A stretch of 64,000 bases of DNA from an uncultured bacterium (GTDB lineage Bacteria; Patescibacteriota; Minisyncoccia; Phycocordibacterales; CAIZLB01), in the NCBI GenBank assembly GCA_903821355.1, contig CAIJKW010000006.1, positions 23,898-87,897 on the forward strand, in the 5' to 3' direction. Below are positions 39,636 to 49,026 of the stretch, one piece after another. Positions within the stretch are counted from its first letter, which is position 1. Every line of letters begins with the position of its first letter. Both the position numbers and the translations under genes were made by a program. Below the pieces are notes generated by a model that did not search any database, had not been told where the DNA came from, and saw nothing but the letters and a program-made list of their open reading frames with translations.

Positions 39636-40265
39636 TTACGGACCTAGAGGAAAAGCGTATGGGCTATCGCACGGTGGCTGATAGGTCAAACAACTGTAAC
39701 TCAACGCTAAAGCAAAAAGAAGCAGAAACGAATACTCGACGGGATGTCGGTATATCTCCGTAATTGTATCAAGAAGTTTTTTCAGTGTCGGTTGAACGAA
39801 CTGCCGTCTCTCAACTGGTGAATAGAACATTCTCCAAGTCGATGAGGCAATAAGTTCTCCTTTTTCTGTTTTTACTTCAATCAGCCAATCACAGTATGCT
39901 CTACTTCTTTTTACTACACGGTGCATTAAGGTGTATGAGTATTGATAGCACATACCGAGATGAAGTGGTTGCTTCAACTCGACAGAACTATAACCCAAGG
40001 CAATTATCTCTGTGTCCTCGGCGAAGCTAAGGATTTTGTGAATGCTTGGCTTTGTCAGAGCAAGAACCAAGTCTCCACAACAAGTCAGACCTTTGAGGTT
40101 AGACCTGTAACGCCAAGCAGTGAATGGGTTGATGTGAACTTTGTTCCAGTCTCCAGTTGCAATTGCAAAAAGGATAAAACGGAAAAAAGACACAACCATC
40201 AACCTAGACTGCCAGCAAAATCCTACGGGGAGATTACAGATGTCAGGTATCTTTTTAAAGTGCAT
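39636..40265 (-). CDS. MaoC-like (hotdog-fold) dehydratase domain protein; GC-rich
   Basis: TGDWNKVHINPFTAWRY matches the GDxNPxHxD…A hotdog signature. About 48% GC. The exact start is uncertain. Confidence 0.5.
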   Translation of the reverse strand: MHFKKIPDICNLPVGFCWQSRLMVVSFFRFILFAIATGDWNKVHINPFTAWRYRSNLKGLTCCGDLVLALTKPSIHKILSFAEDTEIIALGYSSVELKQPLHLGMCYQYSYTLMHRVVKRSRAYCDWLIEVKTEKGELIASSTWRMFYSPVERRQFVQPTLKKLLDTITEIYRHPVEYSFLLLFALALSYSCLTYQPPCDSPYAFPLGP

Positions 40266-40286
40266 TTTCTTAGGGGATTCGGGATG

Positions 40287-40784
40287 CTAAGCCATTGCGT
40301 CAAGGTCGACGTCGTCAGATTTATTTGCGATGTGGCCAAAGACTTCTTCTGTGCCTCCTTTGAGAAGTTGCTGAAGATTTAGCCCACGAATTTGGGCATA
40401 ATGTTCAGCTTGCTCCAAAAACAGAGGTTCTTCCCATCGTTCCGCGGCAGAATATCCAGCCCACCGCATGGGAAGCTCTCCAGCGACAGTCTTTCGTGTG
40501 AACAAATCGCCTCTGTCAGTCCCAACCCTTACCAATTCTGGTGTCTCAAACAAAGCGGAGTACCACTCGTCTTTGACACGAAGACTGATTAGGTCGTCAC
40601 GGCTACGCATGAAGTAGATTTCAATAACCTCATCACCAATACGGACTTCCCCGTGGTTGGTATTAAAGTCAATGCAATCGTAGGTAACTCGTTTTCCGTG
40701 CAGGACTTCAAGGGCTGTGCGCACCATTTCCATTATGGCACAAACATTAGCAGTCAATACAGGCCGTTTCTTTTTATTAAACAT
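40287..40784 (-). CDS. hypothetical protein; GC-rich, co-cassette with the MaoC-like gene
   Basis: 165-aa ORF. No family recognised. Confidence 0.45.
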   Translation of the reverse strand: MFNKKKRPVLTANVCAIMEMVRTALEVLHGKRVTYDCIDFNTNHGEVRIGDEVIEIYFMRSRDDLISLRVKDEWYSALFETPELVRVGTDRGDLFTRKTVAGELPMRWAGYSAAERWEEPLFLEQAEHYAQIRGLNLQQLLKGGTEEVFGHIANKSDDVDLDAMA

Positions 40785-40900
40785 GATGTTTTTCTCCTAG
40801 TTCAAGGTTCAGTTTCGTTGTTGAAGAGATTGCTCTCTTGGAACCACAGTTCAGTAGCTCTGTAAATATTATACATTAGATATAATATAAAGTCAAATTT

Positions 40901-40926
40901 GCTCCTATCTTGGACGAGTTCAGAAC
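40901..40926 (+). repeat. cassette-boundary repeat R7 (GCTCCTATCTTGGACGAGTTCAGAAC)
   Basis: Shares the 17-mer TTGGACGAGTTCAGAAC with R6 and R8. Confidence 0.65.
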
Positions 40927-41059
40927 TTTGGATTGGGTAAATATTAGCAAAGAATTGCGTTGTTTTAATTTTGTATAAACAGAAAACCCACCAACTCGCG
41001 ACGGAGCCAGTGGGTCTTCCGTGTTAAGTTGATGGGTGAATTACGAACGATGAACTGAA

Positions 41060-41686
41060 TCATCGTGTTCGTAAACGATACGCCAACAATGGTGGCATGA
41101 TAATAATCGGTGGCGTAGCCATATACACAGCGTAGGTGGCAATTTCCCAGTTCCATGTTTCCACGGCAAAGAGATTGCATATACCACCAAGACTCCATAA
41201 TGTCCACGCTAACAAGTCTTCTTCCTCGGGTCTTTTCCATGATTTAACAATCGTTGGTATGGCGCCGTTTGCATCGACAGCCAAGCCTCCAAATAGTGTA
41301 ATCAGTGGAAGAAAGCGAGCCCAAGCAGGAAGAACGTGTACTGATTCAATAATCTTGAAAGTTATCCAAGGGACAAAAAGAATCAGACCTATCGCGAGAC
41401 AAATCTTATCTATCTTTGGCCAAGGCTCTTTTTCACGATTTTTGAACAAAGCTACACCCAACACGAATGCTGGACAGATAGCGTAACTGACAGCTACCCA
41501 GACACTAGCATTGGCGCCTGATGTCTTGTAGCTAAGGGCAACTGCCGTTCCGACGACAAGCCAGATAATCCAACTTGTCTTACTTGGCACCGTTGTGTTT
41601 TTGAAGATGGCGATAATGTATGGGAGAAATCCGAGAGTTGCGAACACGCCCGCAATCTTACCCATAAGTTCATGGTCAATTTGCAC
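41060..41686 (-). CDS. hypothetical integral membrane protein (about 6 TM)
   Basis: 208-aa hydrophobic ORF. Confidence 0.5.
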   Translation of the reverse strand: MQIDHELMGKIAGVFATLGFLPYIIAIFKNTTVPSKTSWIIWLVVGTAVALSYKTSGANASVWVAVSYAICPAFVLGVALFKNREKEPWPKIDKICLAIGLILFVPWITFKIIESVHVLPAWARFLPLITLFGGLAVDANGAIPTIVKSWKRPEEEDLLAWTLWSLGGICNLFAVETWNWEIATYAVYMATPPIIIMPPLLAYRLRTR

Positions 41687-41778
41687 GATATTAAGTCCTT
41701 TCTTGTTGGTTGTTTGAATTCGAAATCAATGTGCGTATGCACGAGATAATAACACGTTTTATTAATACCGTCAAATCA

Positions 41779-41803
41779 GCGCCTATTGGACGAGTTCAGA
41801 ACT
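41779..41803 (+). repeat. cassette-boundary repeat R8 (GCGCCTATTGGACGAGTTCAGAAC)
   Basis: Shares TTGGACGAGTTCAGAAC with R6 and R7. Confidence 0.65.
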
Positions 41804-41808
41804 GACTA

Positions 41809-42240
41809 TCATCTATGTTTTTTACCAATAGCGACAATGTTGAATATGTTATTTACCACATACCCAAAAATTCTACCAGCACCCGAATAATCAACTTCAA
41901 GCATTTCTATATCCTCTTGTATTCCATCAAACAACACAGAATAATTACCAGAATTACTGATTGGTTTACATGCAATACATGAAATATGTTGATGCCTAAA
42001 GTGTTTAGTTGGTATTTTTGAGATTTTCTTTAGTTCTTTTGTTAACTTTTTTGCTTCAATATTATCTAGTTTATATATCTCACATTGATTATTATTATAA
42101 ATCTCAAAACTAAAAACCACCCTCCTATTTTCATAGTCTTTAAGAGCGTCGGAAATGGCCACTGTTGGAGAAATGATATCCCGTTCCGCAGTTAGGTTTG
42201 CTATACTACTAGGAAGTTTTTGACTTGAGTTTTCCTGCAT
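41809..42240 (-). CDS. hypothetical protein; candidate toxin partner of the upstream Panacea-domain antitoxin
   Basis: 143 aa. The start overlaps the end of the Panacea gene by 32 bp. No family recognised. The call is contextual. Confidence 0.45.
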   Translation of the reverse strand: MQENSSQKLPSSIANLTAERDIISPTVAISDALKDYENRRVVFSFEIYNNNQCEIYKLDNIEAKKLTKELKKISKIPTKHFRHQHISCIACKPISNSGNYSVLFDGIQEDIEMLEVDYSGAGRIFGYVVNNIFNIVAIGKKHR

Positions 42241-42691
42241 AAAACTTCTTTGCTGTAGTTAAATTTATTATATTATTTGATGACTCTGATGCAGATGTAT
42301 CCTTTCTTGCTTCCTGCCAAGGAAGTTCAGAATGTGAAAGCGCCTCAAGATATTCTGCATTATATTTTCCATAAATAGCCCAGATACTTTCAAGTAATTC
42401 CACTTGTTTTTTAGAAAAACTGAAAGAAACTTTGGTGGTATCCATTTGTATTGGATTGAACTCAAACACCTTAAACCTTCTATATACAGCAGGAATTGCA
42501 GGCCCGTGAATCCATGCTTCAATCCTTTCAGAGAATAATTTTTCACCATTAACAACCAGAGACCAAACTTGCGCATAATAAAGTAGTTTCTGTAACTTTT
42601 TGTTGGTTATTGTTTCTTTTTCTTTATTTGCCTTATCAATAAAATACTCTGCGACAGTCAATGCACTTATTTTTTTAGTGACTGAACTCAT
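42209..42691 (-). CDS. Panacea-domain (DUF4065, SocA/PanA-like) putative antitoxin
   Basis: …KKLQKLLYYAQVWSLVVNGEKLFSERIEAWIHGPAIPAVYRRF… matches the conserved DUF4065 core. Confidence 0.6.
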   Translation of the reverse strand: MSSVTKKISALTVAEYFIDKANKEKETITNKKLQKLLYYAQVWSLVVNGEKLFSERIEAWIHGPAIPAVYRRFKVFEFNPIQMDTTKVSFSFSKKQVELLESIWAIYGKYNAEYLEALSHSELPWQEARKDTSASESSNNIINLTTAKKFYAGKLKSKTS

Positions 42692-42774
42692 GACCTTAGT
42701 ATACTCTTCATAATATTTTTAATCAAGTTAAAATAGTTGATAAGTATTGTATACTAAAGTAAAGTAAAGATACC

Positions 42775-43446
42775 ATGAATAAGAAAGTAAACATTAAAGA
42801 CCCTTATGTTAATTCTAAAGGACTAAAAAAATTATGGAATTATTTTCTGTATTTAGTAGAAAAACCCGACTTTCTTGAAAAAATAGATGGGATACGAACC
42901 AAATATAACATAGATATAAACAATAAATTAGAGGATGACGGCAACCTATCTAATCAAGATTTATTTAAGGACATAATCGCATTGGCTGAAGAATATGAGC
43001 TTGATTCAAGTACTTGGTTGACGTCGATTGCCCCATTGGTGTTGTGGAATATATTAGCAGAACCAGCGTGTACAGATATTTGTATAACCTCTGATAATAT
43101 AAATGACCACGATTTAAGCGAAAATGAGAGACGACACTATCCCGTATCAATTAGAATTAGCCCTTACGCAAGCAAACGTGACATCTTAGACTACATCAAT
43201 AGATTTTATAAATACATCTCCCAAACCCAAGAAAATTACAAGGACGAATCAGTGAAAATTGGTCGCCTTAAGACAAGGAAAGATGCTATAAAAAAGCGTA
43301 ATAGCTTTATATATGAACATAAACATCTGCCAACAAAAGAGATTATGCAACTCGTCGGCAAAGAGTTTGGTCTTAATTCTATTATTGACTGTGCTTATAT
43401 AGGCAAAATAATAGCACTAGAAAACAAAAAAAGAAAAGAAGTGTGA
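42775..43446 (+). CDS. hypothetical protein
   Basis: 223-aa ORF. No family recognised. Confidence 0.45.
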   Translation: MNKKVNIKDPYVNSKGLKKLWNYFLYLVEKPDFLEKIDGIRTKYNIDINNKLEDDGNLSNQDLFKDIIALAEEYELDSSTWLTSIAPLVLWNILAEPACTDICITSDNINDHDLSENERRHYPVSIRISPYASKRDILDYINRFYKYISQTQENYKDESVKIGRLKTRKDAIKKRNSFIYEHKHLPTKEIMQLVGKEFGLNSIIDCAYIGKIIALENKKRKEV

Positions 43447-43674
43447 TACAGATTTTTTCCGTATTACAGAAAATACTTATACTGTATTTTGCATCAATAG
43501 TATTCTGAAGACATCCTTCGGGATATTTTATGCAGGATACTGTTTCAACAAAAAACTTCAAAGTAAACGAGCTACCAGCTAACGACAAACGAAAATTGGT
43601 CGATGCTTTAACTTGGTTAATACAAGAAGATAAAAAGCAAAATCCTGCACTTTATCAGATTAAAAAAGAACAAA

Positions 43675-44793
43675 ATGATAGACACGATATGTCTCTTGAT
43701 ACCAAAAGACAAGATGAATTACCAATCAGGAGTAACCAGCTGGGAGCTTTACTCACAAACGGACCAATACAAGAAATACGTTCGAAATCCAAATAAGGCT
43801 GAAAAAGAAACTGGTAAATATTTCCCTAGATTAACAAGCTATGAACGAAAATTTTCTCAAGAAGCAAACATCCGAATGGAGTTTTCTGTCCCTAAGTTAA
43901 TATATCTAAACAATCTAAATGAGCTTGAAGATAAAGACTTTACAGAGGTAATTGAGATACTCCAAGAAAGACTTAAGACCATGGGAGTAATCGTTACAAA
44001 AGAAGTTCTTGAAAATGCATCAGTAAGTTCGGTCCACTTTTCAAAGAACATATTACTTCAAGACGGATACACTTCTAGCCACTTAATTTCAGAAATGAAT
44101 AAAGTTAATTTACAAAAAAGATTTGATTTTGCAAAGACTAGATTTATGAATGACGGACAAAGCCTCTATGCTCACACCACAGCCCACCAGCTTGTTATAT
44201 ACGACAAGATAGCAGATTTAAACAAAGACAAGAAGCGGGCAATAGATAAGGACCAAACTTTATATCAACAGAATCTATTTACAGAAATAACCAAAGAAGA
44301 TAAATTCCAAGAAATAATACGATTTGAGATTAGGCTGGCTAAAAAGCCTAAAATGAATACGGTCATTGAAGATTTAGGCTATCAAAAGAACCCTACATTC
44401 AAAGACGTATTTAGTACTGAGATGAGTCAAAAAGTTGTTACTAGCTACTGGAAGACACTTATCAAAGAAAGAGGACTTGGAATATTCTCGATAACAATAA
44501 GACCAAAGGATATATTGCAGACTCTATTTCTAGCAGACTTAAAACTAAAGCCAAAACAAGCTGTCTATCTTCTAGGATTATTTACCTTAGCCAAGGACGA
44601 GAATGGTATGAGGCAACTAAGAGAGATTGTCTCAAAGAGGTCTACTGAAGAAACTTGGTATCGAATAGCCAGAGATTTACGACGGTCCAGTGAATTAATA
44701 ACTCAAAACAAGCTACGGGACTGGGTTACTCAAATAGATACAGCGTTAGAAGATTATAAACCATATAAAATTAAAGATTATGAAAACAAATAA
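43675..44793 (+). CDS. hypothetical protein, possibly a replication-initiation-type protein of a mobile element
   Basis: 372 aa. Only weak resemblance to phage/plasmid Rep proteins. Sits in the element between the cassette array and xis. Confidence 0.4.
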   Translation: MIDTICLLIPKDKMNYQSGVTSWELYSQTDQYKKYVRNPNKAEKETGKYFPRLTSYERKFSQEANIRMEFSVPKLIYLNNLNELEDKDFTEVIEILQERLKTMGVIVTKEVLENASVSSVHFSKNILLQDGYTSSHLISEMNKVNLQKRFDFAKTRFMNDGQSLYAHTTAHQLVIYDKIADLNKDKKRAIDKDQTLYQQNLFTEITKEDKFQEIIRFEIRLAKKPKMNTVIEDLGYQKNPTFKDVFSTEMSQKVVTSYWKTLIKERGLGIFSITIRPKDILQTLFLADLKLKPKQAVYLLGLFTLAKDENGMRQLREIVSKRSTEETWYRIARDLRRSSELITQNKLRDWVTQIDTALEDYKPYKIKDYENK

Positions 44794-44977
44794 GAAAAAC
44801 CTAAGTGCAATTGATAAATTTTCAAATAATATGAATCTACTTTTTGCAGATTATTATAATAAAAAACTTTCAGAAAGCATAAAAAGAGGGCTAGAATTAA
44901 GGAAAAAAAGATTGTCCACATCAAAAGTTGATATGTAAAGAATTGTAAAGTATACTTATTAAGTTAATATAATAAAA

Positions 44978-45157
44978 ATGAATAAAGAAAAAGAATTTTA
45001 CAAAGCAGAAGATTTAGCGAAGTCGTTAGAAGTAAACATTATGACGATTTATCGTTATATAAAATCAGGTCGCCTAAAGGCGTACAAGATAGGTCGTGAG
45101 TTTCGTATCGATAAAAAAGAATTCAATGTCTTTCTTAACAGCGTAAAAACAATATAA
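44978..45157 (+). CDS. excisionase/Xis-family helix-turn-helix DNA-binding protein (59 aa; not in the ORF track)
   Basis: MNKEKEFYKAEDLAKSLEVNIMTIYRYIKSGRLKAYKIGREFRIDKKEF… is a typical Xis/MerR-type HTH_17 motif. Immediately upstream of the R-M and recombinase genes. Confidence 0.55.
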   Translation: MNKEKEFYKAEDLAKSLEVNIMTIYRYIKSGRLKAYKIGREFRIDKKEFNVFLNSVKTI

Positions 45158-45162
45158 AAAAA

Positions 45163-46284
45163 ATGGAAGAATGCCTAGTTCATGATTTAATCATGCAAAC
45201 CAAAGAAATTCAGGATGATTTAAAAAGTATATTACTTATTGACCATAATAATAGTTTTAAACTAATACATGAAGACCAATACATAAACGGAATCACAGCT
45301 GATTTTACACTTGTATCAAATAACAAAATTAGAGCGATTGTTGAATGCAAAGCTGGAAATATAGGTATTACTGACTATGTTCGTGGTATAGGGCAAGTCA
45401 TGCAATATGAGTATTTCTATGAAGAAAAAATTACCCCTAAGAGTATTGAGTATGATACTATTTTTAACTCCGTATTGTTGTTTCCCTCGTCTGTTATTAA
45501 AAATAATATATTCAATGTAGGTAGGTTCAAATATCCAAAAAGTACCGTAATTGTTGAATTGAACGATTCAAGTAAGGTACTTAGAAGAATTAATGACTCA
45601 GAACTTGATAAACTAAAGGAAGCGACCGAACAAAACTTGGTAACGATAAGCCAATACTACATAAGAGACAATCGACTATACGAATTATATATTCTTTTAA
45701 ATTATCTAACATTTCTAAAATTCAAGGGCGTTAACGAGGTAAATAGAAATGATTCAGAGGAGCTTTTTTTGAATCATATAGGTACGCAAAATAATGGAAA
45801 TTGGAGAAATGCGTTCATTAGTTTATCCTCTCTTGGTTTTATAGATAGTTATAATATCCCAACCTCTTCAGGAGTTAAGTATGCAAATCTAACTTTTGAA
45901 AAATTTGCTGTGGAAATATATAAGTCATACATAAAACCATATTTTGAAGTTATATTACAATTATTCAATACTGGAGAACAAGTGGACATTAGTAATCAAG
46001 AAATCTGCGACAGAATAAAACAAAGATACCTTGGTAGAGACGTCCTGTTTTTGACAGAGTCTGAAGGTAGATATATTTCTAGCTGGTTAAATATTCTAAG
46101 GGATGATTATGGATGTTTGGAATTTGCCCCAAGAAAAAAGGAGAGAAGAATGACTTATGATTTATTGAATTATAATGAGGAAGGTCTGGAAGCGGCAATT
46201 AAAAGTAAGTCTATCGCTTACGAATATATAAATAAATATTTTACACTATTAAATAACCAAAAAGCATATGTATACAATTTTTGA
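45163..46284 (+). CDS. putative type II restriction endonuclease (by context)
   Basis: 373-aa ORF. Its end overlaps the start of the C5-methyltransferase gene by 17 bp. No conserved family recognised. Confidence 0.45.
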   Translation: MEECLVHDLIMQTKEIQDDLKSILLIDHNNSFKLIHEDQYINGITADFTLVSNNKIRAIVECKAGNIGITDYVRGIGQVMQYEYFYEEKITPKSIEYDTIFNSVLLFPSSVIKNNIFNVGRFKYPKSTVIVELNDSSKVLRRINDSELDKLKEATEQNLVTISQYYIRDNRLYELYILLNYLTFLKFKGVNEVNRNDSEELFLNHIGTQNNGNWRNAFISLSSLGFIDSYNIPTSSGVKYANLTFEKFAVEIYKSYIKPYFEVILQLFNTGEQVDISNQEICDRIKQRYLGRDVLFLTESEGRYISSWLNILRDDYGCLEFAPRKKERRMTYDLLNYNEEGLEAAIKSKSIAYEYINKYFTLLNNQKAYVYNF

Positions 46285-47527
46285 AACTTTTGTCGGTGTG
46301 GGTGGGTCTCATATTGGATTTAAAAATAAAGGGTTTAAAACCATCTACGTGAATGATAACAACGAAGATTGTTTAGCAACGCTTATATTAAACAATCCTG
46401 AATTACAAGGCACAGCATATATAGATAACAGAAGCATTCTTGATGTTTCCACGTCTGATTTATTGAAAAAAATTAAGATGAAGAAAAAATCTCTAGATGT
46501 ATGTTTTGGTGGAATTGTATGTAAAGGTTTTAGTTTGGCTGGAGAAAGGTCCCCCAATGATGAAAGAAGTTATTTTTATCATAAACAAATTGAATTAGTT
46601 TCTGAACTGATGCCAAAAATTAGCATAATTGAAAACGTAAAAGGTATTCTAAATGCAAAAGTTTTATCTGCTAAAACGCCAAAGAAGATAAAAGATGAGG
46701 TTGACTTTATATGGCAAGAGCTTGAAAACTATAAGGGCAAAAAGGCGGATTTGAGGAAGAAAGACAAAATCACAAAATCATTTGAAAGTGAGGGTGAAGT
46801 TTTAAGGCAAAATAAAGAAAAAATGTTAGTTAGACTTGAAAAAGAAGGCTATTTGGTATCAGTACTAGATGATATACATGATATTTATCAAAAATTAGGC
46901 TACAAAGTCAAATATCAGGTACTAAACACAGCATGGTATGGAGCATCTACAAAAAGAGAGCGTGTTATTATCGTTGCAGTAAGAAACGATATAAAAGAAG
47001 AGTTCTTGTTTCCAGTACCTAAATTTTTAGATAAAACGATAACCACCAAACTAACTGGTTTCAACATAGACGGAGTAAAATTTAAAAAGCCTATTTCCAT
47101 TAATGAGGCATTGTCTAAAATAAATTATAAAAAAATAGACCCTGATAATATCGCAATGCAACATTCACCAAAAACGGTTAGTCGTTTTAAGTGTATTCCT
47201 GAAGGAAGAAATATATCTGACATGATGGATGGCGTACCTGATGACCTTAAAATTAGTAAATTCTATTCAAGAGGAAACACAATGAGATTAAATGGAAATT
47301 CACTAAGTCCAACTCTTGTACCTGGACACAGCAATTTTCCTATTCACCCAAAAGAAGATAGGAGTATTACCGTCAGAGAAGCGGCTTGTATAACTGGCTT
47401 CCCTATTGACTACAAGTTCGTCGGTAGCCACACTAAACGTTGTGAGCATGTTGGTAACGCTGTCCCTCCGCCTCTTGCTGAAGCTATAGCTCAAAGTTGT
47501 ATTGATTTGCTAAATAAAATTAAATGA
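46268..47527 (+). CDS. DNA (cytosine-5)-methyltransferase
   Basis: Motif I FVGVGGSHIGF, motif IV GGIVCKGFSLAG (catalytic Cys) and motif VI IENVKGIL. Confidence 0.85.
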   Translation: MYTIFETFVGVGGSHIGFKNKGFKTIYVNDNNEDCLATLILNNPELQGTAYIDNRSILDVSTSDLLKKIKMKKKSLDVCFGGIVCKGFSLAGERSPNDERSYFYHKQIELVSELMPKISIIENVKGILNAKVLSAKTPKKIKDEVDFIWQELENYKGKKADLRKKDKITKSFESEGEVLRQNKEKMLVRLEKEGYLVSVLDDIHDIYQKLGYKVKYQVLNTAWYGASTKRERVIIVAVRNDIKEEFLFPVPKFLDKTITTKLTGFNIDGVKFKKPISINEALSKINYKKIDPDNIAMQHSPKTVSRFKCIPEGRNISDMMDGVPDDLKISKFYSRGNTMRLNGNSLSPTLVPGHSNFPIHPKEDRSITVREAACITGFPIDYKFVGSHTKRCEHVGNAVPPPLAEAIAQSCIDLLNKIK

Positions 47528-49026
47528 AAGCAATAAACGTCTCAAGAGTATCAACGGAAGAACAAAAAGAAGCTGGTAATTCCCTACCTGCTCAAATTGA
47601 GCGTATAAATAAATATTGCAAAAACAAATCATTTGAAATTATTAAATCTTTTAGCTTCGATGAAAGTGCCTATAAAGATAAGCGAGATGAATTTGATAAA
47701 TTTTTAGACTACGTTGAAGAGTTAGTTAAAAAAGAGAAGATAGCAGTTTGTTTTGACAAAGTAGACAGGCTTTCAAGAAGTGTTTTCGACAAGAGAGTTG
47801 CGAGACTTTATGAACTGGCCATGGCTGGAAAAATTGAACTTCATTTTGTTTCTGATAATCAGGTAATAAAAGGTGAGCTTTCTGCAACTGAAAAAGGTGG
47901 GTTTGGTATGAGTCTCGTAATGGCTAGTTACTATTCAAATGCTATTAGTGATAATGTCAAAAGAGCTTTTGAGCAAAAAAGAAGAAGTGGAGAATGGACT
48001 GGGCCAGTGTGTTTAGGTTATTTAAATATAAGCCTAAACGAGGAAAAAAGACTACGCAAAGACATAATAATTGACCCAGAGCGTGGCCACCTTATTCTAA
48101 AAATGTTTGAGCTTTATTCGACAGGATTGTACTCTTTAGAAACCTTGAGATTAAAGATGACAGAACTTGGATTAAGAACTCTCAAGGGAAACATCTTAAC
48201 AAAAAGCGGAGTTGATAACATAATAAGAAACAGCTTTTATTGTGGAATAGCTATTTCGAGAAAATATGGTGCATACCCACACAACTACCCTCGTCTAATA
48301 ACTAAGGATTTATTTGATAGATGTAAGGAAATTCAAATTGGACGATTCAATAACATACATAAGGAAGTCTCAAAAGACTTCATCTTTAAAGGTTTACTAA
48401 AATGCCAGAATTGCGGTTGTGCAATAACAGCTGAGCAACACGAGGGCAAGCCCATATACTATTCCTGTACAAATGGTAAACATATATGCAAGAGATTATA
48501 TATCAATGAGAAAGACCTTCTGAAGCCCATATACGAGGTCCTAGAGCGTTTTGAGAGCATTACAGAGGAGGTGGCTAATGATTTAGTAAGTGAGCTAAGA
48601 AAGAACACTGAATCAGAAATTGTGTATCATAAAGCACAAATTAATCGTATAAGAATTAATTACGATAACCTTTTAGCAAAACAAGAAAGACTGCTTGAAG
48701 CTTTTTTGGACCAGAGTATTACTAAGAGCATCTATGACAAGAAACACGAAGAGCAACAAGACCAAATACAGACCTTAGAAATTGAAATGTCTGAACACAA
48801 TAAAGCAGACTATGATTACCAAACTACCGTTGCCACAGTACTTTCTGTAGCAAGAAGAGCAAAGAGCATATTTGAAAATAGTTCTGAAGTTGCAGGAAAA
48901 AGAGCATTTTTGAGCATGATACTTCAGAACCCTGTCATAAACGAAAAAAAGCTAGTGTTTACAATAGCTTCTCCGTTCAATCTAGTATTAGAATTAGCTG
49001 ACCGTCCAAACTGGCTCCGCGGGTAG
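47524..49026 (+). CDS. large serine recombinase (resolvase/invertase N-domain + recombinase domain + zinc ribbon)
   Basis: Catalytic region INVSRVSTEEQ…DRLSRS. Cys cluster CQNCGC…CTNGKHIC. Coiled-coil C-terminus. Its last 15 nt overlap the 3' end of tRNA-Asn on the opposite strand. Confidence 0.85.
   Translation: MKAINVSRVSTEEQKEAGNSLPAQIERINKYCKNKSFEIIKSFSFDESAYKDKRDEFDKFLDYVEELVKKEKIAVCFDKVDRLSRSVFDKRVARLYELAMAGKIELHFVSDNQVIKGELSATEKGGFGMSLVMASYYSNAISDNVKRAFEQKRRSGEWTGPVCLGYLNISLNEEKRLRKDIIIDPERGHLILKMFELYSTGLYSLETLRLKMTELGLRTLKGNILTKSGVDNIIRNSFYCGIAISRKYGAYPHNYPRLITKDLFDRCKEIQIGRFNNIHKEVSKDFIFKGLLKCQNCGCAITAEQHEGKPIYYSCTNGKHICKRLYINEKDLLKPIYEVLERFESITEEVANDLVSELRKNTESEIVYHKAQINRIRINYDNLLAKQERLLEAFLDQSITKSIYDKKHEEQQDQIQTLEIEMSEHNKADYDYQTTVATVLSVARRAKSIFENSSEVAGKRAFLSMILQNPVINEKKLVFTIASPFNLVLELADRPNWLRG

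Noticed and set aside
34070-41810. Interpreting the repeat array as a classical integron (attC sites) or a CRISPR array.
   Set aside because: - No tyrosine IntI gene or attI is present.
- The repeats do not show full-length R''-L''/L'-R' bottom-strand pairing, and their ends (GTTCGAA/TTCGAAC) violate the GTTRRRY/RYYYAAC consensus at two positions.
- Spacing (0.6-1.4 kb with whole genes) and the degenerate repeat sequences are incompatible with CRISPR, and there are no cas genes.
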